This document shows positions 1-9,498 of a stretch of 64,000 nt of DNA, piece by piece. Location of the stretch: contig CAXXDH010000003.1 in NCBI GenBank assembly GCA_963677785.2, forward strand, positions 2,255,534 through 2,319,533. Direction: 5' to 3'. The stretch's first letter is position 1. Each line of letters begins with the position of its first letter. Made by a program: the position numbers and the translations under genes. The stretch comes from Desulfovibrionaceae bacterium (GTDB taxonomy: Bacteria; Desulfobacterota; Desulfovibrionia; Desulfovibrionales; Desulfovibrionaceae). Under the pieces are notes generated by a model. It did not search any database. It worked only from the letters and a program-made list of their open reading frames with translations, and was not told where the DNA came from.

Positions 1-2
1 AC

Positions 3-1349
3 GTATACGAGGCTATTCCTTACAGTGACTTTAAAACGAAAGTACTACGCTCCGGCCCCTATACGACGCGGATAGTTGTTCGACGCCCAATCGACATGAA
101 AGAGTGGTCAGGAGTGGTTGCCGTTGAAATTATCAATATGTCGGCGGGCTACGATTGGACTGCCAATTGGGGGGCGCTCTGGGAGAGCATTATCAATCGT
201 AAAGATGTTTATGTCGGGATTACGGCCAAGCCGAATGTCTTTCCTGGAATGGTAAAGTTTGACGCCAAACGATATGGCCGGCTTTCGATGGCAAATCCAT
301 TGCCGCCCGAGGAACAATCTTGCGGGACACTTCCGGGGGATAAAGACTATGATCCCAATCTTTCTAAACTGTATGAGAATGGATTGGCATACGACATTAT
401 TTCCCAGGTCGGGGCATTGTTCAAAAGCCCGGAGACTTCAAACCCACTTGGCAGACCTGCGGACCGGGCTTACCTGATGGGCGAATCGCAAAGCGGCAGA
501 TATATCAAATCCTATTATTCGTGGATTCGGCCATTAGCAACAATGGCCAATGGAAAAAGGGTTTACGACGGCTATTTGATCGAAGATATTCCCCTCGGAC
601 GCTCCAAATTCAAACCTCTGAATCAATGCGCGCAAGATTTTTCCGAAGATGATCCTCAATACAAACACTTTAAGGCCGGCAGTGATCCTCTTGTTGTAGT
701 TAATTCGGAGTGGTTCTGGCATCATGATAGTCCCCCGAATAGCAATACGCCGGATAACAAACTCTGGATCTGGATGGTCGCAGGAGCGAGCCATGGCTGG
801 ACCTGGCAGTATGATTACAGCGACGCTGCGTATGATGATCTCCTGGCTACGGACATGTTTGATCCAAAATGGCCCCATTTTATTTGTAGTGCCATGCAGC
901 CTGAGATTAATCTCTACATGTTTGAAAAAGCCATGTATGAGCATCTTGATAACTGGGTTTTAACTGATACGCCGCCGCCTGCAGCTCCAAAGCCCGAATT
1001 GAAGAATACAGAAAAGCCGGTTAAAAATGCTTGGGGAACATACATAGGACATGGAGAGTTTGTGCGGGATTCCTATGGAAATATTCGCGGTGGGCTTCGT
1101 ATGCCCGAAATGGATGTGCCCATTGCTACATATATCGGATTCGGAGCTTTAGACCCCGATTGTAGTAATGCCATCAAGCCATTTGATTCGAAGACTCTTG
1201 CAAAACTGTATGAGAGTAATCAGGATTACTATCACAAGTACCGCACCGCTACTATGGAACTTGTCAAAAAAGGTTTTCTTTTGAAAGAAGATGCCGCGAA
1301 GCTGCTTACATCCGCCGCTTCCCGGCCTATTGTGGCGCCCAAAAAATAA
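3..1349 (+). CDS. alpha/beta-hydrolase-like protein, 5' end probably outside the window
   Basis: ORF-track ORF 96..1349. The same frame stays open back to nt 3, so the listed Met is probably internal. Nucleophile-elbow-like motif LMGESQSGRY (G-x-S-x-G). No closer family recognised. Confidence 0.55.
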   Translation, partial: VYEAIPYSDFKTKVLRSGPYTTRIVVRRPIDMKEWSGVVAVEIINMSAGYDWTANWGALWESIINRKDVYVGITAKPNVFPGMVKFDAKRYGRLSMANPLPPEEQSCGTLPGDKDYDPNLSKLYENGLAYDIISQVGALFKSPETSNPLGRPADRAYLMGESQSGRYIKSYYSWIRPLATMANGKRVYDGYLIEDIPLGRSKFKPLNQCAQDFSEDDPQYKHFKAGSDPLVVVNSEWFWHHDSPPNSNTPDNKLWIWMVAGASHGWTWQYDYSDAAYDDLLATDMFDPKWPHFICSAMQPEINLYMFEKAMYEHLDNWVLTDTPPPAAPKPELKNTEKPVKNAWGTYIGHGEFVRDSYGNIRGGLRMPEMDVPIATYIGFGALDPDCSNAIKPFDSKTLAKLYESNQDYYHKYRTATMELVKKGFLLKEDAAKLLTSAASRPIVAPKK

Positions 1350-1443
1350 GATTCTGGTGTTTACGGAAAGAATTGGGGTATCATGAAATAACGCATTGGT
1401 GCCCCAAAGAATCACCAAATTCTGGAGAGAACGGACAAAGAAG

Positions 1444-1480
1444 ACAAGGGCCGGCGCATTATCGCCGGCCCTTGTTGGTT
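1444..1480 (+). terminator. GC-rich hairpin downstream of the hydrolase gene
   Basis: acaagggccggcg (1444-1456) pairs perfectly with cgccggcccttgt (1463-1475) across a 6-nt loop, followed by tggttt. Confidence 0.45.
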
Positions 1481-1575
1481 TGGCCTGGCAGGTCAGATTT
1501 GGTCTTTCCACCGGTACGTCGTCAATTCGCGCTTTGCGCCGGCTCTTTGTGGGTTCGGTCCATCTTGACATAATT

Positions 1576-1590
1576 CTTTAGCTGCTATAG
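1576..1590. promoter_or_regulatory. candidate MarR operator, one-mismatch copy of a 15-bp palindrome
   Basis: ctttagctgctatag lies 11 nt upstream of the marR-like start. The perfect palindrome copy is at 2086-2100. Confidence 0.35.
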
Positions 1591-1600
1591 CATTTTTCTT

Positions 1601-2068
1601 GTGGAAAAAAACGCCTATATTCAAGATTTTACAGATACTTTTCTGCGTATAGTAAACAAGTTCAAGATGTTGGAAAAGATTCCCATCGACCATGGGACCG
1701 GGCATCTGTTGTATGCGTCTGAAATGAACACCTTGGATGTCATTGGAAAATGTTCAGGAATCAATCTCACCCAATTGGCCGAAAAGAGATGTGTTACGAT
1801 AGGGGCGGTATCACAAGTTGTCGCTAAGCTGGAAAATAAACAACTTGTCCAAAAAAATTACGTACCTGAGAATAAGAAGGAAGTGTCCCTACAGGTGACG
1901 GACCTGGGAGCCGTTGCTTTGCAGAATCATGAAAAATTTCATGCAAAATATGATCAGCCAATGATTGACAGAATTTTCGAGATGAATACTGAACAACTGC
2001 AAACCATACGTGAAGTCTTTCAATTGCTTGAGAAGACGATTGATAGTTATTTGCGAGAGTTGAAGTAA
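1601..2068 (+). CDS. MarR-family transcriptional regulator
   Basis: 155 aa. Winged-helix-like segment INLTQLAEKRCVTIGAVSQVVAKLENKQLVQK, with size and layout typical of MarR. GTG start as given by the ORF track. Confidence 0.8.
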   Translation: MEKNAYIQDFTDTFLRIVNKFKMLEKIPIDHGTGHLLYASEMNTLDVIGKCSGINLTQLAEKRCVTIGAVSQVVAKLENKQLVQKNYVPENKKEVSLQVTDLGAVALQNHEKFHAKYDQPMIDRIFEMNTEQLQTIREVFQLLEKTIDSYLRELK

Positions 2069-2085
2069 ATTTTTTTTGTCCCATA

Positions 2086-2100
2086 CTTTAGCTGCTAAAG
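2086..2100. promoter_or_regulatory. candidate MarR operator, perfect palindrome CTTTAGC-N1-GCTAAAG
   Basis: ctttagctgctaaag lies between the marR-like stop (2068) and the Lnt-like start (2118). Confidence 0.35.
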
Positions 2101-2117
2101 AATCCGGAGAGGGCTGG

Positions 2118-3599
2118 ATGAACATGAATTTCCACAAGCAATGGGCTTACGCCTGGCTCGTTATCGGATCTGTTCTGATGTATTTTTCCAACTGGAACTG
2201 GGCGATACCGCCGGCTACATGGCTATACGCCGTGTTTCTGCTCCGTTATACGCGCACTCAGAAAGCATTTTCAGGCCTGCTTGTCCTCTGTACGGTCAGT
2301 ATGATTGTCGGTGTGGTCTCAATGTGGAAACTTCTGGGGATCGATGCCATTTCCCCAGGGGTACGCGTTGTCTCTGGGATAGCGCTGGGAGTCATCTTTG
2401 CGCTTCCGTTTATACTTGACCGCCTTCTCGTTGCCAGAGTCCCTCGAGTTGCGGCAACGCTGATTTTCCCCTGTGCCTGGACAGCCTGCGAATACGTCAA
2501 ATCATTGGGCGGCGGGAGTTGGGGGGCGATTGCGTACACCCAATACGGCAACCTGCAGTTCATGCAGCTGGCTTCAATCACAGGCATTTGGGGACTGTCT
2601 TTTATTGTCGCATGGTTTGCATCAATTGTTAATTACGCCTGGGAAAAGGGCTTCCGCTGGCGCGGATTCAGAAAAACAGCCATAGCATACGGCATAATTC
2701 TTATCTGTGTTTTCGGGTACGGCTTTATTCGCCTTGCCTCATCGCACGTACCGAGTGGCGAGGTTTGCATAGCATCCATAACAAACCCGAGAGTTTTTTT
2801 TTCACGGTTTTATCTTCCGGATTGGACAGATAGAAAATCATCATATGAAAGTACGAACAAGGATCTTGCATATTTTCTTGAGGCTTCCGCACGTTCCGTT
2901 CGATCCGGCGCAAAGGTAGTAGTATGGCAGGAATATTCCATCGCCGTCATGGAGGAACAGCGACAAGAATTTATCGACCGTGCAACGGCATTTGCCAATG
3001 CGAACAATATCTACCTCGCTATGGCAATCGCAGTGTTTCCTTTGAACTATCCGGATCAGCCATGGCAAAACAAACTGCTGTGGGTTGGTCCTGATGGTAC
3101 GATACTTGCCGAGTACTTGAAATCAAAACCGGCGCAAGCTCTTGAGCCCATTATTCCAGGGAGAGATGCGATTCCAATTCTGGATACTCCTTACGGAAAG
3201 ATTGCTTCGGTTATATGTGCGGACCTGGATTATCCCAGTCTGCTTCACCAAGGTCAGGTATATGCTGCGGATATACTGTTGATTCCAGCCCAGGATTGGG
3301 CGGCGGCGGACCCCTTGCACACACATATGAGCGTTTTCAGAGCTATTGAAAATGGGGTGTACATGGTCAAAAGCACCGGCGGCGGGTTGTCGATCGCGGT
3401 GGACCCTTATGGCAGAACAATCAATGCCTCCGATTTTTTTACCGCAGACCATAATTCGATGCTTGCCTGTTTCCCGACCAAAGGAGTTGAGACAATCTAT
3501 TCACGTATTGGAGACACGTTCGCCTGGTTATGCATTCTGGGAATCATCATAATGAGCCTCTGGGGAATTATTGGAAAAACAAGAGCAGGCAGCAACTAA
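2118..3599 (+). CDS. apolipoprotein N-acyltransferase-like membrane CN-hydrolase
   Basis: ORF 2076..3599. ATG at 2118 is preferred because of the GGAGAG 6 nt upstream. Multi-TM N-terminal half plus a C-terminal nitrilase/CN-hydrolase half with VVVWQEYS (Glu) and VICADLDYP (Cys) motifs, as in Lnt. Confidence 0.75.
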   Translation: MNMNFHKQWAYAWLVIGSVLMYFSNWNWAIPPATWLYAVFLLRYTRTQKAFSGLLVLCTVSMIVGVVSMWKLLGIDAISPGVRVVSGIALGVIFALPFILDRLLVARVPRVAATLIFPCAWTACEYVKSLGGGSWGAIAYTQYGNLQFMQLASITGIWGLSFIVAWFASIVNYAWEKGFRWRGFRKTAIAYGIILICVFGYGFIRLASSHVPSGEVCIASITNPRVFFSRFYLPDWTDRKSSYESTNKDLAYFLEASARSVRSGAKVVVWQEYSIAVMEEQRQEFIDRATAFANANNIYLAMAIAVFPLNYPDQPWQNKLLWVGPDGTILAEYLKSKPAQALEPIIPGRDAIPILDTPYGKIASVICADLDYPSLLHQGQVYAADILLIPAQDWAAADPLHTHMSVFRAIENGVYMVKSTGGGLSIAVDPYGRTINASDFFTADHNSMLACFPTKGVETIYSRIGDTFAWLCILGIIIMSLWGIIGKTRAGSN

Positions 3600-4643
3600 A
3601 AGGTGTTCCGCATCGTACGCGGCCCGCTTGCCGGGCATGCGTGGAGGAGAAGTGGCTCAGGTTATTCGGACCACCGAGCGGCATTTTTAAGGTGGACAAA
3701 TTGACATATCATGCCGCCCTGGAACGGACTTAAGGAAGTAATTCCCCAGGCATAAAACCATTTTGGCGTATGTTATACGGGTATTGTAGATGCGAACCAG
3801 CGGGCGTTTTCTGGGGCGGTTCACTCGTCCCGTTTCTCCTGTTTTTGCATTGACACTACTTTTGGAAGTTTGTAAAAAAACTAAAAGGAAAGAATATACG
3901 TTATATAAACGTTAATTCTGAAATGGAAAGTGGATTACGGCTTTTCTTTTTTTTGGGCGATAGAAACTAACTATTCAGTACTCTTTTTGCATTAGCAATA
4001 TATTTTTTGGGGTTTTCGGATGTTATACTATCCAAGTTGTAATTCGTTTTCCTTCGAATTCTATTTGTCATGGCAGAGGACAGTTGTTTGGACGAGTTTT
4101 GTTTTGTTTTTGTTTTTCATTTTACCTCCATTATTCGTCCCCACATCGTAAATATGCTTGTGATTAGCTCCCGGAAATATTTGCATCGCTGTCAGTGCTT
4201 TTATCCTGCGTATTGTTATAGAATTTTTGGATACCACATTGAACTCGCTGGTCATTGTGGGTGTTTGACTGTTGTTTTTTTAACTTGTTTGACTAGTGGC
4301 GATTACGTTTCCAGTACTATTGGTACGAGCTTAAACAACGAATTGGATATTGGATTAGCCACAGACGTTAGGGCTGAGGTTATTAATTTTCAATCTGAAA
4401 ATAATAATGTAAAATGGATATTAGCGGCTGATATACTTTGGATGGGAACAAGTTGTCATATGGTTTTGTTAAGTTTGATCCCCTGATGAAATAAGGAATT
4501 TGCAGGATTTGCTCTACTGAACTCTGGATAAGTAGATTTGATAATGCATTGTTTAATTTTAGTGCATAATTGTGGCTTGATGGCGAATGTGATGTTTATT
4601 CTATAACGTATGGGTGTTTATTTATGACTAGTAAAAAAATTGT

Positions 4644-5729
4644 ATGGCTATTTTTTTGTTTTTATTTGTATTTCACATGTTTTCAATAATTGCGTTGGCC
4701 GATGAAACTGTTTCCTTGATTAAAGTAAAAGCCAACGGGATGGGTGTAACAGAGGATGCGGCATTAAAAAATGCTTATTCAAACGCAGTTGAACAGGCTA
4801 TTGGCCTTTTTGTAGATGCTGAAACTATAGTAAAAAATGATGCAATTATTGATGATAAAATTTTAACGCACTCAAGAGGATACATTGAGCATGTTGATAT
4901 ACTGAAAAAGAATATACAGGATGGAATCTATTCCGTTTCAATCCTGGCAAAAGTTAGAAAAGAACCTCTTGTTGATGTTGTCAAATCAAATATTTCTTAT
5001 GAAAATAAAATTGATGCGCAAAGTCTCCACGCTATGGCTGTGTCAAAACAAAAAGAGTCAAATGACGCAAAGTCTCTATTAAAAAGAGCAATAAAAAAGT
5101 TTATTGATTCAAAATATTACCACGTTTATGTTGATGGTAAATTAACTCTCAATAAAACTAGCGACGGGTTAATCGTGCCAATTGCTATTGAAGCAGATTT
5201 AAAAAAATATAATGCTGCTATTAATCCACTTATAAAAATATATGACGAAATTGCGACATCTAAGGAGAATATAACCAAGGCCAATACATCTTTCAGTAAG
5301 TCTGATTACTATTACAGGGTTAACGATGCAACAGCAGATTGCAAGCGCGGAGCTAAAGATATAATAATAAATACATGGCATAGCTCGAATTACTCACAAT
5401 ATAAATATATAAAATATAGTGTGCCAGAAGAGGTCGGCAAAAAATTATGGGAGGATATGGAAAAGAAGGCAAGGTACAATATCGAAATAGGATTCTTTGA
5501 CACTAACGATAATCTCATTGCCACAAAAACTTTACGTTCAAAAGAACATGACTTTAATGCTGATATGTTTCGTATCTCGTGCTGTGTGTTTTTGAGGTCC
5601 TACGTTGGCTGTCCCTATTTTGGTACACCACAGTGCCCAATAAAAGGCCCTTATCATACTGATGTTGAAGTTAAAATTACTCCTGATGAAATTCAAAAAA
5701 TTGACCACGTAAAGATTTCATTCAATTAA
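4644..5729 (+). CDS. secreted hypothetical protein with an LPP20/FlgP-like N-terminal module (A/T-rich island gene 1)
   Basis: 361 aa with a hydrophobic N-terminus ...FSIIALA/DE. Module ANGMGVTEDAALKNAYSNAVEQAIGLFV. A/T-rich codon usage unlike the flanks. An upstream ATG at 4624 is out of frame by one T in a T7 run. Confidence 0.6.
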   Translation: MAIFLFLFVFHMFSIIALADETVSLIKVKANGMGVTEDAALKNAYSNAVEQAIGLFVDAETIVKNDAIIDDKILTHSRGYIEHVDILKKNIQDGIYSVSILAKVRKEPLVDVVKSNISYENKIDAQSLHAMAVSKQKESNDAKSLLKRAIKKFIDSKYYHVYVDGKLTLNKTSDGLIVPIAIEADLKKYNAAINPLIKIYDEIATSKENITKANTSFSKSDYYYRVNDATADCKRGAKDIIINTWHSSNYSQYKYIKYSVPEEVGKKLWEDMEKKARYNIEIGFFDTNDNLIATKTLRSKEHDFNADMFRISCCVFLRSYVGCPYFGTPQCPIKGPYHTDVEVKITPDEIQKIDHVKISFN

Positions 5730-5744
5730 AAGGAAGGACATGTC

Positions 5745-7097
5745 ATGCACCCATTACGCATTCTCGCTTTGTGTTTGTTCTTGCTTTTTTTGCCTGTTGT
5801 ATCTCTACAATCTCATGCGGCCATGCCCTCCGTTGATAATTTTATTGCACCTGTTCAGAACGATGAAACAAAAGGTATTATGGCGCCTACTTCTGTTCAA
5901 AAACCTGAGAAACTGCAAATTGAACGTATTACTTCAACGGATGGTGAATCAATACCCGTTGTGCAAGCCGCCAGCACACAAGATGCCATCATCGCATCTC
6001 TGGATGAGTTAAAAAAGTTACAAAAAGACGTTTGCGAAATTAAAGTCGGTAGTGGAATTGGGCTGGTTGCTACAGGGATTGCCAATTATTCCACGTTTCC
6101 TAATCGAAATGCGAGCTTGATTGATAAAAGACAAGCGTATGTGAAAGCCTTGCTCAAAGCAAAGGCCAATCTTGCAAGTTTCCTCTATGGTCTCTCGTCC
6201 GAAGGAAAACAGGAGTTGGTTGAATCCCTTGACACCTATGACAATTCCCAAAAATCTTTAGCCAACATTACCGGCAGATCTCAGGAAAGTATCGATCAAC
6301 GTGTTGCAGGACTTTTACGAGGGTACGTTATATATTCTGTGAATGACGACACCGAGGGGCAGGAAGTTTCGGTCGCGATTGTCACTACACCCAAGACGCG
6401 TGGTGAAACAATGCGACTCTCCCAATCTTCCATTGAAGCCGCTGATGTTGCGTCCGGTATGAAAGAAGTATTTGCAGAGCTGAAAACAGGTGTGGTGCCT
6501 GTTTCCGGCGGACGTCTTATTACGACTCCAAATGATGATGGAACTCGTGAATTCTTTTTTATCGGTTTTGGATCTGCTATTAATAAAACTTCGTCAAACC
6601 CTACAATAAATCGACAACTGAAGTTAAATATGCTCAAAGTAGCAAAAGCTCGAGCTGCGAGTAACTTGTGCGGTATGATAGTTGGCGACGATGTTATGTG
6701 GAATTTGGGGATCAATGCTGCTACAAGTAATGAAAATAAAATGTTTGATGCAGTATTTTCCAAGGAGAATCCGACTAAGGAACCAGCTGTTAAACAATTA
6801 GACACGATCAAGACATCTTTTGTAAACAGGATGAAGACAACCGAAGTGTTTTCATCAGCAAGACATGGTGTTTTGCCTCCAGGCTTGGAAGCCATCACCT
6901 GGGAGAGTTTGGATAATGACTGGGTGTATGCTGCATATATTTACAACCCTGCGAGAAGTCTCCAGGCAAAAGCCGCAGCCCAATCAATGACCCAGGGAAG
7001 TATCCTTGGCCGACAAAAGCCTCATCTAAATTCCAAACAAGATCATCCTGTTCCCCAAGGCCCGACTGGCCAGGTTTCTAAAGATGAAAATCTTTAA
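5745..7097 (+). CDS. secreted hypothetical protein with two LPP20-like modules (island gene 2)
   Basis: 450 aa with signal peptide MHPLRILALCLFLLFLPVVSLQSHA. Modules VGSGIGLVATG...RQAYVKALLKAKANLASFLYG and GFGSAINK...LKVAKARAASNLCGMIVG. Starts 15 nt after gene 1. Confidence 0.65.
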   Translation: MHPLRILALCLFLLFLPVVSLQSHAAMPSVDNFIAPVQNDETKGIMAPTSVQKPEKLQIERITSTDGESIPVVQAASTQDAIIASLDELKKLQKDVCEIKVGSGIGLVATGIANYSTFPNRNASLIDKRQAYVKALLKAKANLASFLYGLSSEGKQELVESLDTYDNSQKSLANITGRSQESIDQRVAGLLRGYVIYSVNDDTEGQEVSVAIVTTPKTRGETMRLSQSSIEAADVASGMKEVFAELKTGVVPVSGGRLITTPNDDGTREFFFIGFGSAINKTSSNPTINRQLKLNMLKVAKARAASNLCGMIVGDDVMWNLGINAATSNENKMFDAVFSKENPTKEPAVKQLDTIKTSFVNRMKTTEVFSSARHGVLPPGLEAITWESLDNDWVYAAYIYNPARSLQAKAAAQSMTQGSILGRQKPHLNSKQDHPVPQGPTGQVSKDENL

Positions 7098-7986
7098 AAC
7101 TGTCAGCAGTATTTGTGTCGTTTTTTTAGGGCTTGGTCTTAGTCAGTATGCAAATGCTTCTCAAAAAAATGTTATCACAGCTTTTCAACAAGCTATAGGC
7201 TTACTATCGTTACAGGAAAATACCAGACAAGATCTTCTAGAGACAGTTTCTGTCTCTAGAAGTAGCGCAATTGCAGTTTCTACAAACGCTAGTAGTTGTT
7301 TTGGAGTGGCTGTCGCGCCAAAAAGAAAGTCAATTCCTCAGTCCAATATGAGAAGTCAGCTTTCAGCAAGGATTGTTTCTCAATGTGTCAAAAATGTTGC
7401 ATTACAATCAATTGATATTGAAAGCTATTTTTCTGATTTTAACTATGCTCAATTGCTTGTAGAGTATGCCCAAACGAAATTAATTGCAAAGGTTGCAAGC
7501 GAGATAGTCGTTTCGAAAACAACAAAGAATTTTTATACAACTAATAATTTTATATGTTTTGCGTGTACTATTCCATTGGATAGCATAAAATTGAAAGCCA
7601 TCGAAATTGCTGCAGATAAAGATACCATTCCATATTACGTACTCGCACTTACTGCATCGGCTGAAAAGGCTCTTCAAGGTGGAGAATATGAAAAGGCTGC
7701 TCATTTTTTGTTAGAAATTCAGAACTTCCACAAACTTAGTTCTGATCTCTTTATTGATTTGTATAAATGCTACATGCTCACGAAAAATTTTGATCAAGCA
7801 AAGATTCTATGGAACTACCTGGATCATACGTGCGCAAAAGATTTTTCATATCATCAATATCTGACTCTTGCTGAGATCGCTTCCCAGTTGGATCAAAAAG
7901 AGATGGAAACGATTTTCATCTCCAGGGCAAAGAGGGTAGTATCCAAAGGACTATCAGTAGATATGTTGTTAGAAAAAGAAAATTGA
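7084..7986 (+). CDS. secreted hypothetical protein with a TPR-like helical C-terminus (island gene 3)
   Basis: 300 aa with signal peptide ...GLGLSQYANA/SQ. Overlaps gene 2 by 14 nt. C-terminal helical repeats (GEYEKAAHFLLEI..., NFDQAKILWNYL...). Confidence 0.6.
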   Translation: MKIFKTVSSICVVFLGLGLSQYANASQKNVITAFQQAIGLLSLQENTRQDLLETVSVSRSSAIAVSTNASSCFGVAVAPKRKSIPQSNMRSQLSARIVSQCVKNVALQSIDIESYFSDFNYAQLLVEYAQTKLIAKVASEIVVSKTTKNFYTTNNFICFACTIPLDSIKLKAIEIAADKDTIPYYVLALTASAEKALQGGEYEKAAHFLLEIQNFHKLSSDLFIDLYKCYMLTKNFDQAKILWNYLDHTCAKDFSYHQYLTLAEIASQLDQKEMETIFISRAKRVVSKGLSVDMLLEKEN

Positions 7987-8006
7987 TGCATCCCCATCAA
8001 CGTTTT

Positions 8007-8060
8007 CCTCCTGGAAATCGCCTGCATTATGCCGCTACCCACGGCCCCCCCGGAAGGGGC
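8007..8060 (-). mobile_element. solo inverted copy of the ISL3 left end (IS remnant)
   Basis: The reverse complement of 8007-8060 matches the left end of the intact IS (8167-8220) except for about 9 substitutions. Weaker similarity continues to about 7990. No transposase ORF follows. Confidence 0.55.
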
Positions 8061-8166
8061 AAAAAGGTATTTCCAAGTCCATGACATCAGTTGATAGGCT
8101 GGTCCGAAAAAACCGAGCCAATTCCTGGCTGTCACAGTCGGCATTCACATGCGATTTATATTTGTT

Positions 8167-9498
8167 GGTCCTTCCGGGTTTGTCGTGGGTAGCGGCATAA
8201 TGTAGGCGATTTCCAGGAGGAGATCGCCGATGAGAGATGTTGATCTTTACGGACAGATTTTGGGTGTCAAGAGCCCTTGGTTTGTAGACAAAGTTGACTT
8301 GAAAACGTCTGAAGGCCGTGTGGATATTTGGCTCGAGCATAAGAGCAAGGTGCTTTGGACTTGTCCGGAATGCGGCAAGGAACTGACTTGCCGGGATCAT
8401 GTGGAAGAAAGGATTTGGCGGCATTTGGATACGTGCCAGTTCAAAACCTTCATCCATGCAAGGATCCCCCGAGTGAATTGCCCCGAGCATGGCGTCAAGC
8501 AGGTCAAGGTCTTTTGGGCGGAGCCTGGTTCGCGTTTTACCTTGCTCATGGAAAGGTTGATCATCGATGTTCTGAAAGAATGCTCGACTGTCGAAGGCGC
8601 CCGCAAACTGATGCGTATCTCATGGGATCAGGCTTGGGGCGTTATGGAAAGAGCTGTCCGACGAGGCATGGCACGAAAGGAACAGCGCAAAATCAGCTAC
8701 ATCGGAGTCGACGAAAAGGCTTTCCGGAAAGGACATAGCTATATGACGGTTGTCTGCGACTTGCTGCGAGGTACGGTTGAATATGTTGCCGAGGAACGCA
8801 AAAAGGCAAGCCTTGAAGAATATTACAAACAGTTGAACGACGAACAGCTCAAGGCAATCAAGGCTGTATCAATGGACATGTGGCCGGCATACTTCCTGGC
8901 CACCAAGGAAAACGTACCCGATGCAGCAGGTAAAATCGTATTCGACCGTTTCCACATCATGCAGCATGTAGGGGAAGCCGTGGATAAAGTACGCCGCCAG
9001 GAACATAAGGCGCTGATGGCTGAAGCAAACGAAATTTTGAAAGGCAGCAGATACTTGTGGTTATACGCTGAGGAGAACCTCTCGGACTCCCAACGACCGC
9101 GCCTGGAGGAACTCAAGAAATCGAATCTGAAGACGGGCAAAGCCTGGGCCATGAAAGAGAGTCTTCGCGGACTGTGGGACTATCTGTCTGTTGGGTGGGC
9201 CAAGCGTTTTCTGAAGAAATGGTGTTCTTGGGCCAAACGCTCGAAGCTCGAGCCTATGGGCAAAGTGGCGAACATGCTCATGGATCACATGGACAACATC
9301 GTGACCTTTTGTCGGCATCGCGTGACAAACGCTGTTGCGGAGGGGCTGAACAGCAAGATCATGTCCATCAAACGCCGAGCTTGTGGCTACAGCAATAAGG
9401 AGCATTTCAAAACAGCGATTTACTTCTTTTGTGGCGGGCTAAAACTCTACCCGGAGATTAGCAAGACTGGGGCCACCCACTGAGTTTCCGGAAGGACC
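8167..9498 (+). mobile_element. intact ISL3-family insertion sequence (1332 bp)
   Basis: Terminal inverted repeats GGTCCTTCCGG...GTGGGT.GC at 8167 and, reverse-complemented, at 9498. Flanked by a perfect 8-bp direct repeat TATTTGTT (8159-8166 and 9499-9506), as expected for ISL3. One transposase ORF. Confidence 0.85.
8230..9483 (+). CDS. ISL3-family transposase
   Basis: 417 aa. N-terminal zinc-ribbon-like CPECG...CRDH, then IGVDEKAFRKGHSYMTVVCDL... and DMWPAY...FDRFHI motifs typical of ISL3/IS1167-type transposases. Confidence 0.9.
   Translation: MRDVDLYGQILGVKSPWFVDKVDLKTSEGRVDIWLEHKSKVLWTCPECGKELTCRDHVEERIWRHLDTCQFKTFIHARIPRVNCPEHGVKQVKVFWAEPGSRFTLLMERLIIDVLKECSTVEGARKLMRISWDQAWGVMERAVRRGMARKEQRKISYIGVDEKAFRKGHSYMTVVCDLLRGTVEYVAEERKKASLEEYYKQLNDEQLKAIKAVSMDMWPAYFLATKENVPDAAGKIVFDRFHIMQHVGEAVDKVRRQEHKALMAEANEILKGSRYLWLYAEENLSDSQRPRLEELKKSNLKTGKAWAMKESLRGLWDYLSVGWAKRFLKKWCSWAKRSKLEPMGKVANMLMDHMDNIVTFCRHRVTNAVAEGLNSKIMSIKRRACGYSNKEHFKTAIYFFCGGLKLYPEISKTGATH

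Noticed and set aside
4070-4486. 138-aa plus-strand ORF and 64-aa minus-strand ORF in the A/T-rich leader of the island.
   Set aside because: Neither has an RBS. The translations are odd and Cys/Phe-rich. In A/T-rich DNA, ORFs of this size need more support.
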